Assembly (NCBI GenBank): GCA_963815195.1
Contig: CAWFGE010000019.1
Coordinates: forward strand, 128,001 to 192,000
Length of the DNA stretch: 64,000 nucleotides
Direction: 5' to 3'
Source of the DNA: an uncultured Planctomycetaceae bacterium
Lineage (GTDB): Bacteria > Planctomycetota > Planctomycetia > Planctomycetales > Planctomycetaceae
Part shown: positions 52,635-64,000 of the stretch, piece by piece
How the letters are laid out: the number at the start of each line of letters is the position of its first letter
Position numbering within the stretch: the stretch's first letter is position 1
Notes under the pieces: generated by a model
Told to the model about the DNA's origin: nothing
The model's input: the letters and a program-made list of their open reading frames with translations, nothing else
The model's database searches: none
Position numbers and translations under genes: made by a program

Positions 52635-54037
52635 ATGAGCATACACCGCAGACAATTTGTCGTTGCCTCTGCCCTCGGTTTTGCCGGCTGGTCGTTTGGT
52701 GCCCCTCCGCCTGCCGCCTCTGCCAACGGACCGTCCACGGGTCGTGCCTCGGCCAAATCCACCATTCTCTTTTTCCTCTGTGGCGGCGCATCGCACATTG
52801 ATATGTGGGATTTGAAACCCCATGCTCCCGGGGAGTACCGCGGCCCTTTCCAGCCGATCGCGACATCGTCGCCTGGAGTCCACTCTGCGAGCATCTGCCC
52901 CTGTTGGCGAAGCAGGCGCATCATCTCGCGCTGGTCAATTCGGTTGGTGCAAGCGTGAGCACCAACGATCATCATGCAGGCTATTACTACAATTTGACGG
53001 GGCACGCCCCGGATCAATCCTTTCAAGCCTTGGGCAACAATCGCACGCCGTTTCCCAGCGATTGGCCTTACATGGGAAGTGTCGTGTCGGCGAAACGGCC
53101 AGCCCATAAGTTTTTGCCCAATGCGATTACGTTGCCCCACAAGCCCAGCAAAGCTCCGTACACCCGCCCCGGCCAGTTTGCCGCTCGACTGGGAGTCGAA
53201 CACGATGCCCTCTACCTGCTGGGCAACGTAGAACAGCCTCTGACTTTCCAGGCCCCCGCCCTGATCCTGGAAGGAGAACTCACCGCTGACCGGTTGACGC
53301 GCCGGCGTGCGTTGCTGCGGGACATTGATGCCGCGCACCGCACTTTCGAAAACTCCGCAACGGCCCGAACTTGGCAGCAGCATCAGGACCGCGCGATCTC
53401 CTTGCTCATGTCGTCGCACACGACCCGCGCGTTCGATGTCGGGGATGAGCCGGAATCTGTGCGGCGGCGCTATGGCGAAACCGTCAATGGGATGAGCCTG
53501 CTTCTGGCACGGCGGCTGGTCGAAGCCGAGGTGCCTTTTGTCACGGTGTTCTGGAAGGAGCACGAAAACAAGCTGGCCAAGAAATGCAAAAGTGCGGGCG
53601 GTTGGGATACGCATGGCAACAACTTCAAGTGCTTGAAGGACGATTTGCTGCCGGAGTTTGACCGCGGGTTCTCGGCCTTGGTTGAAGACTTGGCCCTGCG
53701 TGGCTCGCTCGACGAGACACTGCTCTTGGTGACCAGCGAAATGGGACGCAAACCCAAAATCGGCGATCGGAGAAGCGGCGGTGTCTCCGGGGCCGGCCGC
53801 GATCATTGGACCCATTGTCTGACGGATGTTTTAGCGGGGGGCGGCATTCGAGGCGGCCAGACCTACGGCTCCAGCGACCGCCATGCGGAGTATCCTGCGG
53901 ATAAGCCGGTGACGCCCGCCGATGTCACGAAAACCGTCTATCATGCCATGGGAATACAGGATCTCATCGCCTATGACACCCAGAACCGGCCCTATCAACT
54001 CCTGGAAGAAGGCGAAGTACTGACTTCGCTGTTTTAG
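52635..54037 (+). CDS. DUF1501 family protein with Tat-like signal; frameshift at ~52882
   Basis: HRRQF; AKSTILFFLCGGASHIDMWDLKP; LLARRLVEA.V.FV; WDTH; SEMGRKP; GRDHW; GGGIRGG..YG. Confidence 0.93.
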
Positions 54038-54775
54038 CCGGGAGATTTCCATCTTCGCGGCCGTGAGGATGGGAGGCTCCGGAATCCCAGAAATAAAACC
54101 CCAACGGGGGTCGAGGTATATCACGATGGGATCGTTCGGACCGAATTTGGCCCGCTTGTTTTCAAGGTCGTTCAGCCGGAGTCGAATGCCGTCCCCCACA
54201 TCAATGTTCCGGGCCATTGCAAGAACGCTCAGACACCTTCGTCGCGATGGTCGGGGAGTCAAGCATTTCCTCCAACGAGCCCCTTCGAGCCGATCGCGAT
54301 GCACGTGCGGCAAGAGCCGGGGTACAAGCGGCGAACATGTGGCGAAAGAGCAGATCAGCGGCCTCGAACGTGGGGCAAAGGCTCCCGTTTGAAGCCGGGG
54401 CGTTTCAGCATTCGGAATCGCTCAACATCGTCCAAAGGCAAGTCTTCCGATCCCGTATGCAAGGCCAGCGATACCACTTCTCGCATAGGTCGTCGCTGCC
54501 GATTCGGTCGATCGGCCGGGACGGATCGCCCCCCTTTTCTCTTCAGCGGAAAGGCATTAGCATGGATGCGATGTCCCGAGGTTCTGCTTGAGATGATTTC
54601 ATGGGCGTGGAACGGCAAGCCAAATGCTTCGACGGAGGCTTCCGTCTCGACCGTCGCCGCTGTTTGCAGATTAAGGCGTTGAGCTGGCTCGGATTGGACA
54701 TCCCGGCTTTGGCAAGCCTCCGACAGGAGACCTCCGGCAACGCGCAGAGTGGAAGTTCCTGCGTCTTGATCTTCC

Positions 54776-55597
54776 TTACCGCAGAAGCAGTTCGGGTGTG
54801 ATCTTGTTGGCTTTCAGCGTCTCCATTTTTTCGGGCTTCACCGTCACCATCAAGCTTTTGGCGACCCATCCCGTGGCTTCGTGCCAGATGACCAGTTCGC
54901 GCGTTCCCGCGGGAAGATGCTTGAGCTCGAATCGGCCCTCGCGGTCCGTGAGGGCCACGTAGGGATGATCCTTGATGAGGCAGTACGCCGCCCCCGTTGT
55001 GAAGATGCTGCTGTCGAGGCGGCTCGGAATGCGGCCGGGCTCCGGTTTGGCCGGTGTCCACTTCCGCGGTTTGCCGTCGGCGGGGACCAGGATGTTGAAG
55101 TTTTCGTTTCTCGAAAAGAAGCCGCGAAAATTCGTGGCTTCGCCGCCCATTTCGTCCGAGATCATTTCCAACGGCTGCCCGACTTGAAGCGAAAACACCC
55201 GCGGCCGGAATTGCCGTTCCGCAAACGTCAACTTCACGGGGACGGGAGTTTCCTTGACGTACGAGGGATGGACTCGTTCCGGGCGGTTCGCGAGAAACAC
55301 GAACGCATTCTTCACGCCCTTGGTTTTTGCATCCACAATCAGCCGGCGATTGGGGATTTTGTGGACGAGTTCCGGCTCCGCCCCCAGCGGCACGGGAAGC
55401 GTCAACGGTCTCGCGAGGGGCAGATCTTCGAAATACTCTTTCAGCCGCGGATCGTCCAACTCCGCGTCCAGAATCACCTGGCCGGAAACATGCCCCCAGC
55501 CGGAGGCCTTCGGCGTTTCGCGGGCGGGTTCCTCCGCCATCGCCGTCCCCAGCAGCGACACAAAGACAAGCAACGTGAGCAATGTTTTGGGGATCAT
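54776..55597 (-). CDS. Secreted paralog of the 5807 cupredoxin/carboxypeptidase-regulatory-like protein, lacking the Cu ligands
   Basis: LIVDAKTKGVKNAFVFL and HPYVALTDREGRFELKHLPAGTRELVIWHE align by eye with the 5807 protein. Confidence 0.75.
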   Translation of the reverse strand: MIPKTLLTLLVFVSLLGTAMAEEPARETPKASGWGHVSGQVILDAELDDPRLKEYFEDLPLARPLTLPVPLGAEPELVHKIPNRRLIVDAKTKGVKNAFVFLANRPERVHPSYVKETPVPVKLTFAERQFRPRVFSLQVGQPLEMISDEMGGEATNFRGFFSRNENFNILVPADGKPRKWTPAKPEPGRIPSRLDSSIFTTGAAYCLIKDHPYVALTDREGRFELKHLPAGTRELVIWHEATGWVAKSLMVTVKPEKMETLKANKITPELLLR

Positions 55598-55854
55598 TTT
55601 GTCTCTCCCAAAATGAGGGACTCGCCGATTCCAAAGCAGATAAGGGCATTCGCCGATTCTTTTGGAGAATTGCGAGTACCGCAGCTCATGATGCCAGACC
55701 CGCCCTAGGGTCGCAAGCCTTTCGTTCAGACGCAAGCGGGCGGGCATTGGTTTGACAGCGAAGCCCGTTCCATGTCAGTATGCTGAAAGTGATTCATCAA
55801 CCGGGCTGGATTGTAGGATTCGGGCCGGGGACTTCAGCAACGAGGAGCAAACCC

Positions 55855-57509
55855 ATGCCCCCCAGGTCTTTTGGCAGTTTTGTGTTCGCGCTCGCTTTCG
55901 GGCTTTTGATCGGCGGTTCGTTCGCGGCTCAGGCGGCGGAACCGGCGAAGAACGGGGATTCGGGCAAGCTCTCGTTGGTGCTCCGGCAGCGAGAATCGGC
56001 GGGGAAGGACGCGGGGCCTTATCGTGTGACCTTTACGCCCGAGACTTGGGACGCGCGGAAGTCGGCGGTGATCGTCTGCGATATGTGGGACACCCACCAC
56101 AGCGAGAATGCCGCCCACCGCACGGCGGAACTCGCGAAGCGGATGAACCAAGTCCTCATCGAAGCCCGCCGGCGCGGGGCGACGATTATTCATGCCCCGA
56201 GCAGACTGCATGGCGGCTTATGAAAACCATCCCGCCCGCAAACACGCCCAAGCCGTGCCCCGGTCCAAGAATCTGCCCGAGGAGATCGGCAAGTGGTGCT
56301 ATCAGATCCCGGAAGAGGAACAGGGCAAATACCCCATCGACCAGAAAGACGGCGGCGAAGACGACGACCGCGAAAAGCTGAAAATCTTCCAGGCCCAGCT
56401 CGAAGCCCAGGGCCGAAATCCGAAAGCCCCCTGGAAATCGCAAATCGCCACGCTCTCGATCGAGGACCGCGACTACATCAGCGACAACGGCGAAGAGATT
56501 TGGAGCATCCTCGAGCAGAAGGGGATCGACAACGTGATCCTCTTGGGCGTGCATACCAATATGTGCGTCCTGGGGCGGCCGTTCGGACTCAGGCAGATGG
56601 CCAAGAACGGCAAGCACGTCGTCTTGATGCGGGACATGACCGACACCATGTACAACCCGCAAAAGTCGCCTTTCGTCAGCCACTTCACCGGCACCGATTT
56701 GATCGTCGAGCACATCGAAAAATACGTCTGCCCCACGGTGACGAGCGATCAAGTCCTCGGCGGCAAGCCGTTCCGTTTCAAGGGCGACAAGCGAAAACGG
56801 CTGGTGATGATCATCGCCGAGCAGGAATACCGCACCGACGAATCCCTGCCCGCGTTCGCCCTCGAGCAGTTGGGGCACGACTTTTCGGTGGACTATATCT
56901 TTGCCGACCCGGAAGACCGCAACAAACTGATGGGAATCGAGCTTCTGAATGGGGCCGACGTGCTACTCGTCAGCGTTCGGCGGCGGGCGTTGCCTACAAG
57001 AGCAGCTAGCGGCGATCCGGCGGTTTGTGGAAGCGGGCAAACCGGTCATCGGCATCCGCACCGCGAGCCATGCGTTCGCGCTGCGAAACGCGAAGCCTCC
57101 CGCAGGGCATGCCGTCTTGCCGGAATTCGATCATGACATTCTGGGCGGGAACTATCACAACCACCACGGCGAAGGCCCGAAGGTTCAAATCGAAGCCGCC
57201 GAGGATGCGAAAGATCATCCCATTCTCCAGGGCGTGGATTTAAAAAACCTCGCCGGCAACGGATCGCTGTACATGACGAAGCCGTTGACGGAATCGACGA
57301 CGCTGCTGCTGACCGGCTCCATCCCCGGCAAAGACAGCGAACCGATCGCCTGGATCAACCGCCCCGCCACGGGGAACCGCGTGTTCTATACGTCGCTCGG
57401 CCACATCGACGACTTCAAAGAACCCGCGTTTCAGCGGCTGCTCAAGAATGCGATCGTCTGGAGCGTGCAAAAAGGCGAGCCGGAGGTGTCAGCCTCCGGG
57501 TCACGTTGA
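55855..57509 (+). CDS. Isochorismatase-family + ThuA (trehalose utilization) domain protein; frameshifts at ~56203 and ~56999
   Basis: Signal peptide; VIVCDMWD.H, IIHAPS/DCM, GVHTNMCVLGRPFG, RDMTDTMYNP; then GIRTASHAF, RVFYTSLGH. Confidence 0.85.
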
Positions 57510-57561
57510 GCGCGTGTTGACTTCGTACTTACAAATCGTAAGCAAAATAAACATTCAAAGT

Positions 57562-57590
57562 AACCGGGGGGCTTACGCCCCCCGCTCGCC
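57562..57590. repeat. REP-like palindromic unit
   Basis: AACCGGGGGGCTTACGCCCCCCGCTCGCC, same layout as the 15004-type unit. Confidence 0.65.
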
Positions 57591-57619
57591 ATTTTCTGAT
57601 TTTTCCCTGCGAGCATTAT

Positions 57620-60600
57620 ATGAATCGTAGCCGATTATTTGTGCTGATCCTTGCTTCCATCGTTTGCTCGGCGTGGGTTTGGACCAAGAGCCGCGGAGAA
57701 GGCGGCGAGTCGAATGGACTTCGCATAAGCGTGCCGGGGACTTGGGAGGAAGTCGCTCCCAGAGCAGTTCGGGAAGTACGACGGTTACGTCGTGGTATCG
57801 CTGCGAAGTTCTGGTGCCGGAGGACTTGGAAGGGGTTGGAACTGCAGCTTTCGGTCGAGAAGGTCGATAACGCCCACGAAGCCTATTTCAACGGCCGGCG
57901 GATCGGGGGCACCGGGAGTTTTCCGCCGAAGTACGAAAGCGGGCTCGCGGCGAAGCCTCAGTATTACCCCGTCTCGGTCAGCTATGTGAAAGCCGGCGAG
58001 AAGAACACGATCGCGATTCGCGTTTATGACGCCGACGGCCGGGGTGGGTTCAAAGGCAAAGCCCCCGTGCTGATGGCGGCGGACTCGGCGATCGTCCTCA
58101 AAGGCGATTGGCAATTCCGCACCGGCGACGACAAGAAGTGGGCCAACGTGCCGGATGTCGAGGTTGCGAGCGTGCCGAGTTTCAAAGACCTCGTGCCGCG
58201 GTCCACGCTTGTCGCTGAGAACGAGTCGAACCCTGGGGCTCTCTCACCCGAAGAAGCCGCGAAGACGTTCACGGTGCCGGAGGATCTGGTCTGGCAGCAG
58301 GTCCTTTCCGAACCTGCCATTCGCCAGCCGATCTTTCTGAACTTCGACGAGCGCGGCCGATTGTGGGTGATGGAATATCGCCAATACCCGTATCCCGCCG
58401 GTCTCAAAATGGTCAGCAAGGACAAGTTCTGGCGGGCGGTTTACGACAAGATCCCCGAACCGCCGCCGAACGGTCCCAAAGGGGCGGACCGCATCAGCAT
58501 CCATGAAGACACCGACGGCGACGGCACGTTCGATCGCCATAAGGTTTTTGTGGAAGGCCTGAACATCGCCACCTCGTTTGTGCGCGGCCGGGGCGGGGTT
58601 TGGGTGCTCAATCCGCCGTATTTGCTGTTTTATCCCGACAAGAACGGCGACGATGTACCCGATTCGGACCCCGTGGTGCATCTGTCGGGTTTTGGGATGC
58701 AGGATACGCATTCGGTCGTCAACAGTCTCAGGTGGGGGCCGGACGGTTGGCTGTACGCCGCCCAAGGCAGCACGGTCAGCGGCAACGTGATTCGGCCCGG
58801 CCTCGACAAACAGCCCCGGTTCTCGATGGGCCAATTGATTTGGCGGTATCAGCCCGAGACCAAACGCTACGAAATCTTCGCGGAAGGCGGCGGGAATGCG
58901 TTCGGCGTCGAGCTTGATTCCCAGGGCCGAATTTATTCGGGCCACAACGGCGGCAACACCCGCGGATTCCACTACGTCCAAGGCGGGTATTTTCAGAAGG
59001 GCTTCAGCAAGCACGGGCCGCTCTCGAACCCGTACAGCTTCGGCTACTTCCAGCCGATGCAGCACCACTCCGTGCCGCGGTTTACGCACAACTTCATCAT
59101 CTACGAAGGCAGCAGCCTGCCCGAGAAATACCACGGCCGGCTATTCGGCGTGGAACCCTTGCAGGGCCGGGTCGTGATGAGCGAAATCACCGCCGACGGC
59201 TCGACTTATAAAACCCAGGACCTCGGCCATCCGGTGACCACGACCGACCACCAGTTTCGGCCGGTGGATATCAAGCTCGGTCCGGATGGGGCGATCTATG
59301 TGGCCGACATGTACGAACCGCAAATCAGCCACCGCCAGCATTTCTCCGGTCAGATCGACAAAACCAACGGCCGCATCTATCGGCTGCAAAACAAAAATGT
59401 CCCCACGCCTGTGAAATTCAATTTCAGCCGGTTGTCGTCCCAGGAACTGGTGGGCCTGCTCGACCATCCCAACAAATGGCAGCGGCAAACGGCGCTCCGG
59501 CTGTTGGGCGATCGCAAAGACGCTCGGGTCCTTCCGCTCTTGAAACAGAACATCACCGAGCAGCCTGGGCAGCTCGCGCTCGAATCGCTGTGGGCGCTTT
59601 ATCAGACTGGCGGGTTTGATGAGCAGATCGCGTTCAAAACCCTCAACCATGAAAACCCCACCGTGCGAATTTGGACGGTGCGGCTGTTGTGCGATGATTA
59701 TCAAGTCTCCGACGGCATCGCCCGGCGCTTGCCGAGCGGGCGCGGGAGGAATCCTATGTGCAAGTCCGCAGCCAGTTGGCCTCGTCCGCGAAGCGGCTGC
59801 CCGCGAAGCAGGCGCTCCCGATCATGGTCAGTCTGATTGCGCATGATGAAGACGCGGGCGACGTGCATTTGCCGCTGCTCTTGTGGTGGGCGATCGAGTC
59901 CAAAGCCGCATCCGATCCGCAGGCGATCCTCGAGATCTTAAAAGACAAAACCCTCTGGCAGCGGCCGATCATGCAGCAAACATTGCTCAGTCGTTTGATG
60001 CGCCGCTATGCCCAATCAGGCACGCGGAGCGATCTTCTCATTTGTGCGAAGCTCTTCGAACTCTCGCCCGACAAAGACAGCACCAATGAGTTGATGAAAG
60101 GATTTGAAGAAGCCTTCAAAGGCCGGAACCTCACCGGCATCCCGGCGGAACTCGCGTCAGCCCTCACGAAAGCGGGCGGCGGGTCGATCACTTTGGGGAT
60201 CCGCCGGGGCGATGCGGAGGCCATCGCCAAGGCCCTCCAAACAATCGCCGACGATAAAGCCGACGCGAAACAGCGGGCCGGGTTGATCCAGGTATTCGGC
60301 GAGGTGAACCTGCCCGAATCGGTGCCGGCTTTGCTCAAAGTGCTCGAAAGCACGAAAGCCGCTTCGCTTCAAAAAGCCGCGCTCACCGCGCTTCAGCGCT
60401 ATTCCGCGGAGAACATCGGCCAGGCGGTTTTGAAGGTCTATCCGCAGTTTCCCGAACAGGTGCAAACCGTCGCCCAGACGCTGCTCGCCAGTCGGAAGGC
60501 CTGGGCCCGGCAGTTTTTGGAAGCGATCGACCAGAACCAGATCGCCGCGGATTCCATTTCTTTGGATCTCGTCAGGCAGTTGACGTTCCACCGCGACGAC

Positions 60601-61125
60601 CGGATGGCGGAGCTCATCAAGAAGCATTGGAAGGACTTGAAAGGGGCTTCCACCGCCGAGATGCAGGAGCAGATCGAACGACACTCGGCAACTCTCGCCG
60701 AGGGCCAAGGCGATCCGTACAAAGGCAAGGAGATTTACACCAAGACCTGCGGGAAGTGTCATATCCTCTTCGACGAAGGCGGCCGGATCGGTCCGAACCT
60801 CACGACTTACAAACGCGACGACACCTCGCGGATATTGATGAACATCGTCAACCCCAGCGCCGAGATCCGGGAAGGCTTCGAGTCGTACCTGGTGCTCACC
60901 AATGAGGGCCGGACGGCAAGCGGGTTCTTGTTCGATCAGGACAACCGCGTGGTGGTGCTCCGCGGCGTGGACGGCCAGAACATCACGCTGCCCCGCGACC
61001 AGATCGAAGAGATGCTCCCGCAGAAAAAATCCCTGATGCCCGAAGGCCTTTTGAAACCCATGACTCCGCAACAAGTCCGCGACCTGTTCGCCTACCTGAA
61101 GAGCGCTCAGCCCTTGAATAATTGA
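57620..61125 (+). CDS. PVC-type heme-binding CxxCH protein (membrane-bound dehydrogenase-like propeller + HEAT-like + cytochrome c) with an N-terminal sugar-binding domain; indels at ~57760-57825 and ~59725
   Basis: LSPEEA, FDERGRLWV, DRISIHEDTDGDG, WGPDGWLY, FRPVDIKLGPDGAIYVAD; C-terminal CGKCH, IGPNLT, SLMPEGL; N-terminal KYDGY.WYR and AIRVYD. Confidence 0.9.
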
Positions 61126-61287
61126 TTCCGAGGCAAGTCCTGCACTCGGAATGCTTCGGCCGTCGCCGAGAGATTTGTTTCATCTCACGCAATCGAATAG
61201 AACATACATCATAAAGTTCGCTGCGGTGCGCCCGGCATGGGCGCACCGCTTCGTAAGCCTTTCTCCCTTTCCTTCGAAACGACCAAT

Positions 61288-63582
61288 ATGCACTTTAAAA
61301 CCCTTCGGGCGATGCTGGCGCCCCTTGTTTTATTCATCACGACGACATGCTGCTTCAGTCAGGAGATCGCGGACGACTGGCGGTACACGCTCCGCCGGCC
61401 CGCCGACGGTTGGCAAAAGGCCGACCTTGACGATACCGGCTGGAAAGAAGGTTCCGGCGGTTTCGGCATGCGGGACACGCCCGGTTCCCGCGTGGGCACG
61501 ACCTGGGCGACCAACAACATCTGGCTGCGGAAGACGTTCACGCTCAAATCCATCCCGGCGAAGCCTGCGCTGTTGATTCATCACGATGAGGACGCCCAGG
61601 TCTCGATCAACGGCACCCAGGTCGCGGCCGTCAAGGGTTTTACGGTGAAATACGAAGTCGTGCCGCTAACGCATGACGACAAGTCGGCCCTCAAGGTCGG
61701 AAAGAACGTGATGGCCGTCCATTGCCGGCAAACGGGCGGCGGGCAGTTTATCGATGTGCATCTGATCGATGCCGACCATGTGCCGAAGCTCCCGGCTCCC
61801 AAGCGCGAGACGAAGCCGTTCCTTTCGGAACTCATCACGAAATGGGGCGAAGCCGTCACGCCGGAAAACGCCTGGACCGAATACCCCCGCCCGCAGTTCG
61901 TGCGAAAGAATTGGCAGAACTTGGGCGGCCGATGGGACTATGCCATCACGCCCGTTGAACAAAAGCAACCGCCCAAAGAATGGACCGGCAAGATCCTTGT
62001 GCCCTTCTGCCTGGAATCCAAGCTCGGCGGCGTCCAGCGGCTCTTGGATGCCAGCGAAGCCTTGTGGTATCGCCGGACGTTTAACATTCAGCCCGCCGCA
62101 GGAAAACGGGCGCTGTTGAATTTTGAAGCCGTGGATTATCGCTGCGAAGTCATTGTGAATGGCCTGTCGGTTGGCAAACATCAGGGCGGGAACACGCCGT
62201 TTTCGATCGACATCACCAAAGCCGTTCAGCCGGGCGAAAACACTTTGATCGTTCGCGCCCTCGATGCAACCGAGGCCTGGCAACTTCGCGGCAAACAGGT
62301 TTTGAATGCCCGCGGGATCTGGTACACCCAAGTCTCCGGCATCTGGCAAACCGTGTGGCTGGAACACGTTCCCGACCGTTATATCGAAAAAGTCAAAATC
62401 ACCACGAGCGCCAAAGACGGGACGATCACCGTTCGCTCCATTCTTCAAGGTGAAGCCCAAGCCGGCGAGAAACTCAGCGTCCGCGTGCTCGATGGCAAAC
62501 AGACGGTCGCGGAAGCCAAGGGTGACACAGACGGGCTGACGCTTTCCATTCAGAATGCCAAACTCTGGTCGCCAAAAGAGCCGCATTTGTACGATCTGGA
62601 AATCGCTTTGCTCAGCCAAGGCAAACCGCTCGACACGGTGAAATCTTACACCGGCATTCGGGACGTGGGCAAAGTCCAGGACGAGGCGGGGAACTGGCGG
62701 TTTACGCTCAACGGCAAACCGATCTTCCACTGGGGGCCTTTGGATCAAGGCTGGTGGCCGGACGGGCTTTTGACGCCGCCTTCGGACGAGGCGATGAAGT
62801 TCGATATCGAGTATCTCAAATCGGCCGGCTTCAACATGATCCGCAAGCACATCAAAGTCGAACCCCGCCGGTATTATTACCACTGCGACCGGCTGGGGAT
62901 GCTGGTCTGGCAGGACCAGGTCAGCGGCGGACAGCAACCCCCCTGGACTCGCCTCAAACCCAATCCCCAAGATGCCAAGTGGCCCGAAAAAGAGCAGAAG
63001 GAGTTTCTCTTGGAACTCGACCGCATGATCGATGACCTGGAAAACCATCCTTCGATCGTGGTCTGGGTGCCCTTTAACGAAAGCTGGGGCCAGCACGACA
63101 CGCTCGAAGTCGGCCGCTGGGTCGAAAAACGCGACCCCACCCGGCTGGTCAACATCGCCAGCGGCGGCAACTTCTGGCCCGTGGGCGACGTTGTGGACGC
63201 CCACGCCTATCCGCATCCCCGGTTTCCCTTCGAGCAGGGCGCGGGCGGCCGGTTCAATGACTTTATCAAAGTCATGGGCGAGTTCGGCGGGCATGGTTAT
63301 CCGGTCCCCGGCCACCTCTGGGACGCCGACCGTCGCAACTGGGGCTACGGCGGACTCCCGAAGAACAAGGAGGAATACAAAGACCGCTACGTCACGTCCC
63401 TGAAAATGCTCAACGAACTGCAAAGCCAAGGCATCGCCGCGGGTGTCTACACGCAGACGACCGATGTCGAAGGCGAGATCAACGGGCTGATGACGTATGA
63501 CCGCAAAGTCATCAAGATCCCGGCGAACGAACTCGCCGAGCTGCACAAGATGCTCTTTACGAATCCCCCGAAAGAAAAATAG
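61288..63582 (+). CDS. Glycoside hydrolase family 2 with an extra N-terminal sugar-binding domain
   Basis: EYPRPQ, VPFCLES.L.G, FEAVDY, SGIWQTVWLE, LDQGWWPDG, FNMIRKHIK, HPSIVVWVPFNESWGQ, GEFGG, YTQTTDVEGEING. Confidence 0.95.
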   Translation: MHFKTLRAMLAPLVLFITTTCCFSQEIADDWRYTLRRPADGWQKADLDDTGWKEGSGGFGMRDTPGSRVGTTWATNNIWLRKTFTLKSIPAKPALLIHHDEDAQVSINGTQVAAVKGFTVKYEVVPLTHDDKSALKVGKNVMAVHCRQTGGGQFIDVHLIDADHVPKLPAPKRETKPFLSELITKWGEAVTPENAWTEYPRPQFVRKNWQNLGGRWDYAITPVEQKQPPKEWTGKILVPFCLESKLGGVQRLLDASEALWYRRTFNIQPAAGKRALLNFEAVDYRCEVIVNGLSVGKHQGGNTPFSIDITKAVQPGENTLIVRALDATEAWQLRGKQVLNARGIWYTQVSGIWQTVWLEHVPDRYIEKVKITTSAKDGTITVRSILQGEAQAGEKLSVRVLDGKQTVAEAKGDTDGLTLSIQNAKLWSPKEPHLYDLEIALLSQGKPLDTVKSYTGIRDVGKVQDEAGNWRFTLNGKPIFHWGPLDQGWWPDGLLTPPSDEAMKFDIEYLKSAGFNMIRKHIKVEPRRYYYHCDRLGMLVWQDQVSGGQQPPWTRLKPNPQDAKWPEKEQKEFLLELDRMIDDLENHPSIVVWVPFNESWGQHDTLEVGRWVEKRDPTRLVNIASGGNFWPVGDVVDAHAYPHPRFPFEQGAGGRFNDFIKVMGEFGGHGYPVPGHLWDADRRNWGYGGLPKNKEEYKDRYVTSLKMLNELQSQGIAAGVYTQTTDVEGEINGLMTYDRKVIKIPANELAELHKMLFTNPPKEK

Positions 63583-63600
63583 CAGCGGGTTTCAAGCGAC

Positions 63601-64000
63601 ATGCGAATGCAAATGCAACTTCTGTTTTGGCTGCTGACGGCTCTTTGCATGTCTTCAGCGGTTCAGGCGGCCGAGAAGCCGAATGTGCTGTTGATCCTCG
63701 TGGATGATCTGAAGCCTGCGCTCGGATGTTATGGCGACCCGGTGGCGAAGACGCCGAACATCGATCGGCTCGCCGCGAGCGGGATGCGGTTCGATCTGGC
63801 GTATTGCAACCAGGCGGTGTGCGCGCCGTCGCGGTTCACGCTGCTGTTGGGTTCGCATTCGACTTCAACGGGGTTGTATTTTTTGGGAAGCCATTTGCGA
63901 GAGATTGTGCCGAGCGCCGTCACCATGCCGCAGTTCTTCGCAGAGCAAGGCTACCGCACGGAATCGCTGGGCAAGGTGTTCCACATCGGGCACGGGAACT
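63601..64000 (+). CDS. Sulfatase (S1 family, iduronate-2-sulfatase-like), runs off the window end
   Basis: Hand translation: signal peptide, KPNVLLILVDDL, TPNIDRLA, CNQAVCAPSR (CxPxR), GKVFH. Confidence 0.92.
   Translation, partial: MRMQMQLLFWLLTALCMSSAVQAAEKPNVLLILVDDLKPALGCYGDPVAKTPNIDRLAASGMRFDLAYCNQAVCAPSRFTLLLGSHSTSTGLYFLGSHLREIVPSAVTMPQFFAEQGYRTESLGKVFHIGHGN

Noticed and set aside
54040..54740. Degraded minus-strand gene
   Set aside because: Short protein-like stretches occur in several frames, but no recognisable family, so it cannot be supported.

Overview
GC-rich bacterial DNA, almost certainly Planctomycetota: it carries an E-x-LEDR-x-LLS extracellular signature, DUF1501, a PVC-type heme CxxCH protein and a planctomycete-type ECF sigma factor. 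At least a dozen single-base indels split otherwise intact genes, including essential coxB, and look like long-read assembly errors. 1-19.6 kb is one co-oriented respiratory cluster. It encodes an extended cytochrome b subunit-IV-like protein, a ~1460-aa octaheme cytochrome c, a lipoprotein with an amicyanin-like Cu-ligand loop and an EF-hand diheme cytochrome c lipoprotein. It continues with an A2-type heme-copper oxidase (subunit III has a ~270-aa insertion), ctaA/ctaB, an ABC transporter, a double SCO, DUF420 and a small CPxC protein. Next come secreted LRR and 21-repeat WD40 proteins and a 29-aa Arg/Lys-rich ORF behind a near-consensus sigma70 promoter, missing from the ORF track. These are followed by an orphan PEP-CTERM tail, an atypical GH2-like enzyme, an SDR, an ECF sigma factor and an M32 carboxypeptidase. 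35.6-45 kb holds a TIGR03032/DUF4915 gene and a ~2660-aa modular surface protein with a metzincin motif. The rest is an FAD oxidoreductase/PhyH/two-aminotransferase locus, beta-propeller and DUF1501 genes, and a carbohydrate module (isochorismatase-ThuA, PVC heme protein, GH2, partial sulfatase). REP-like palindromes are scattered in intergenic spaces. No rRNA, tRNA, CRISPR array or transposase was recognised. All family calls are from motif recognition by eye; no searches were run.
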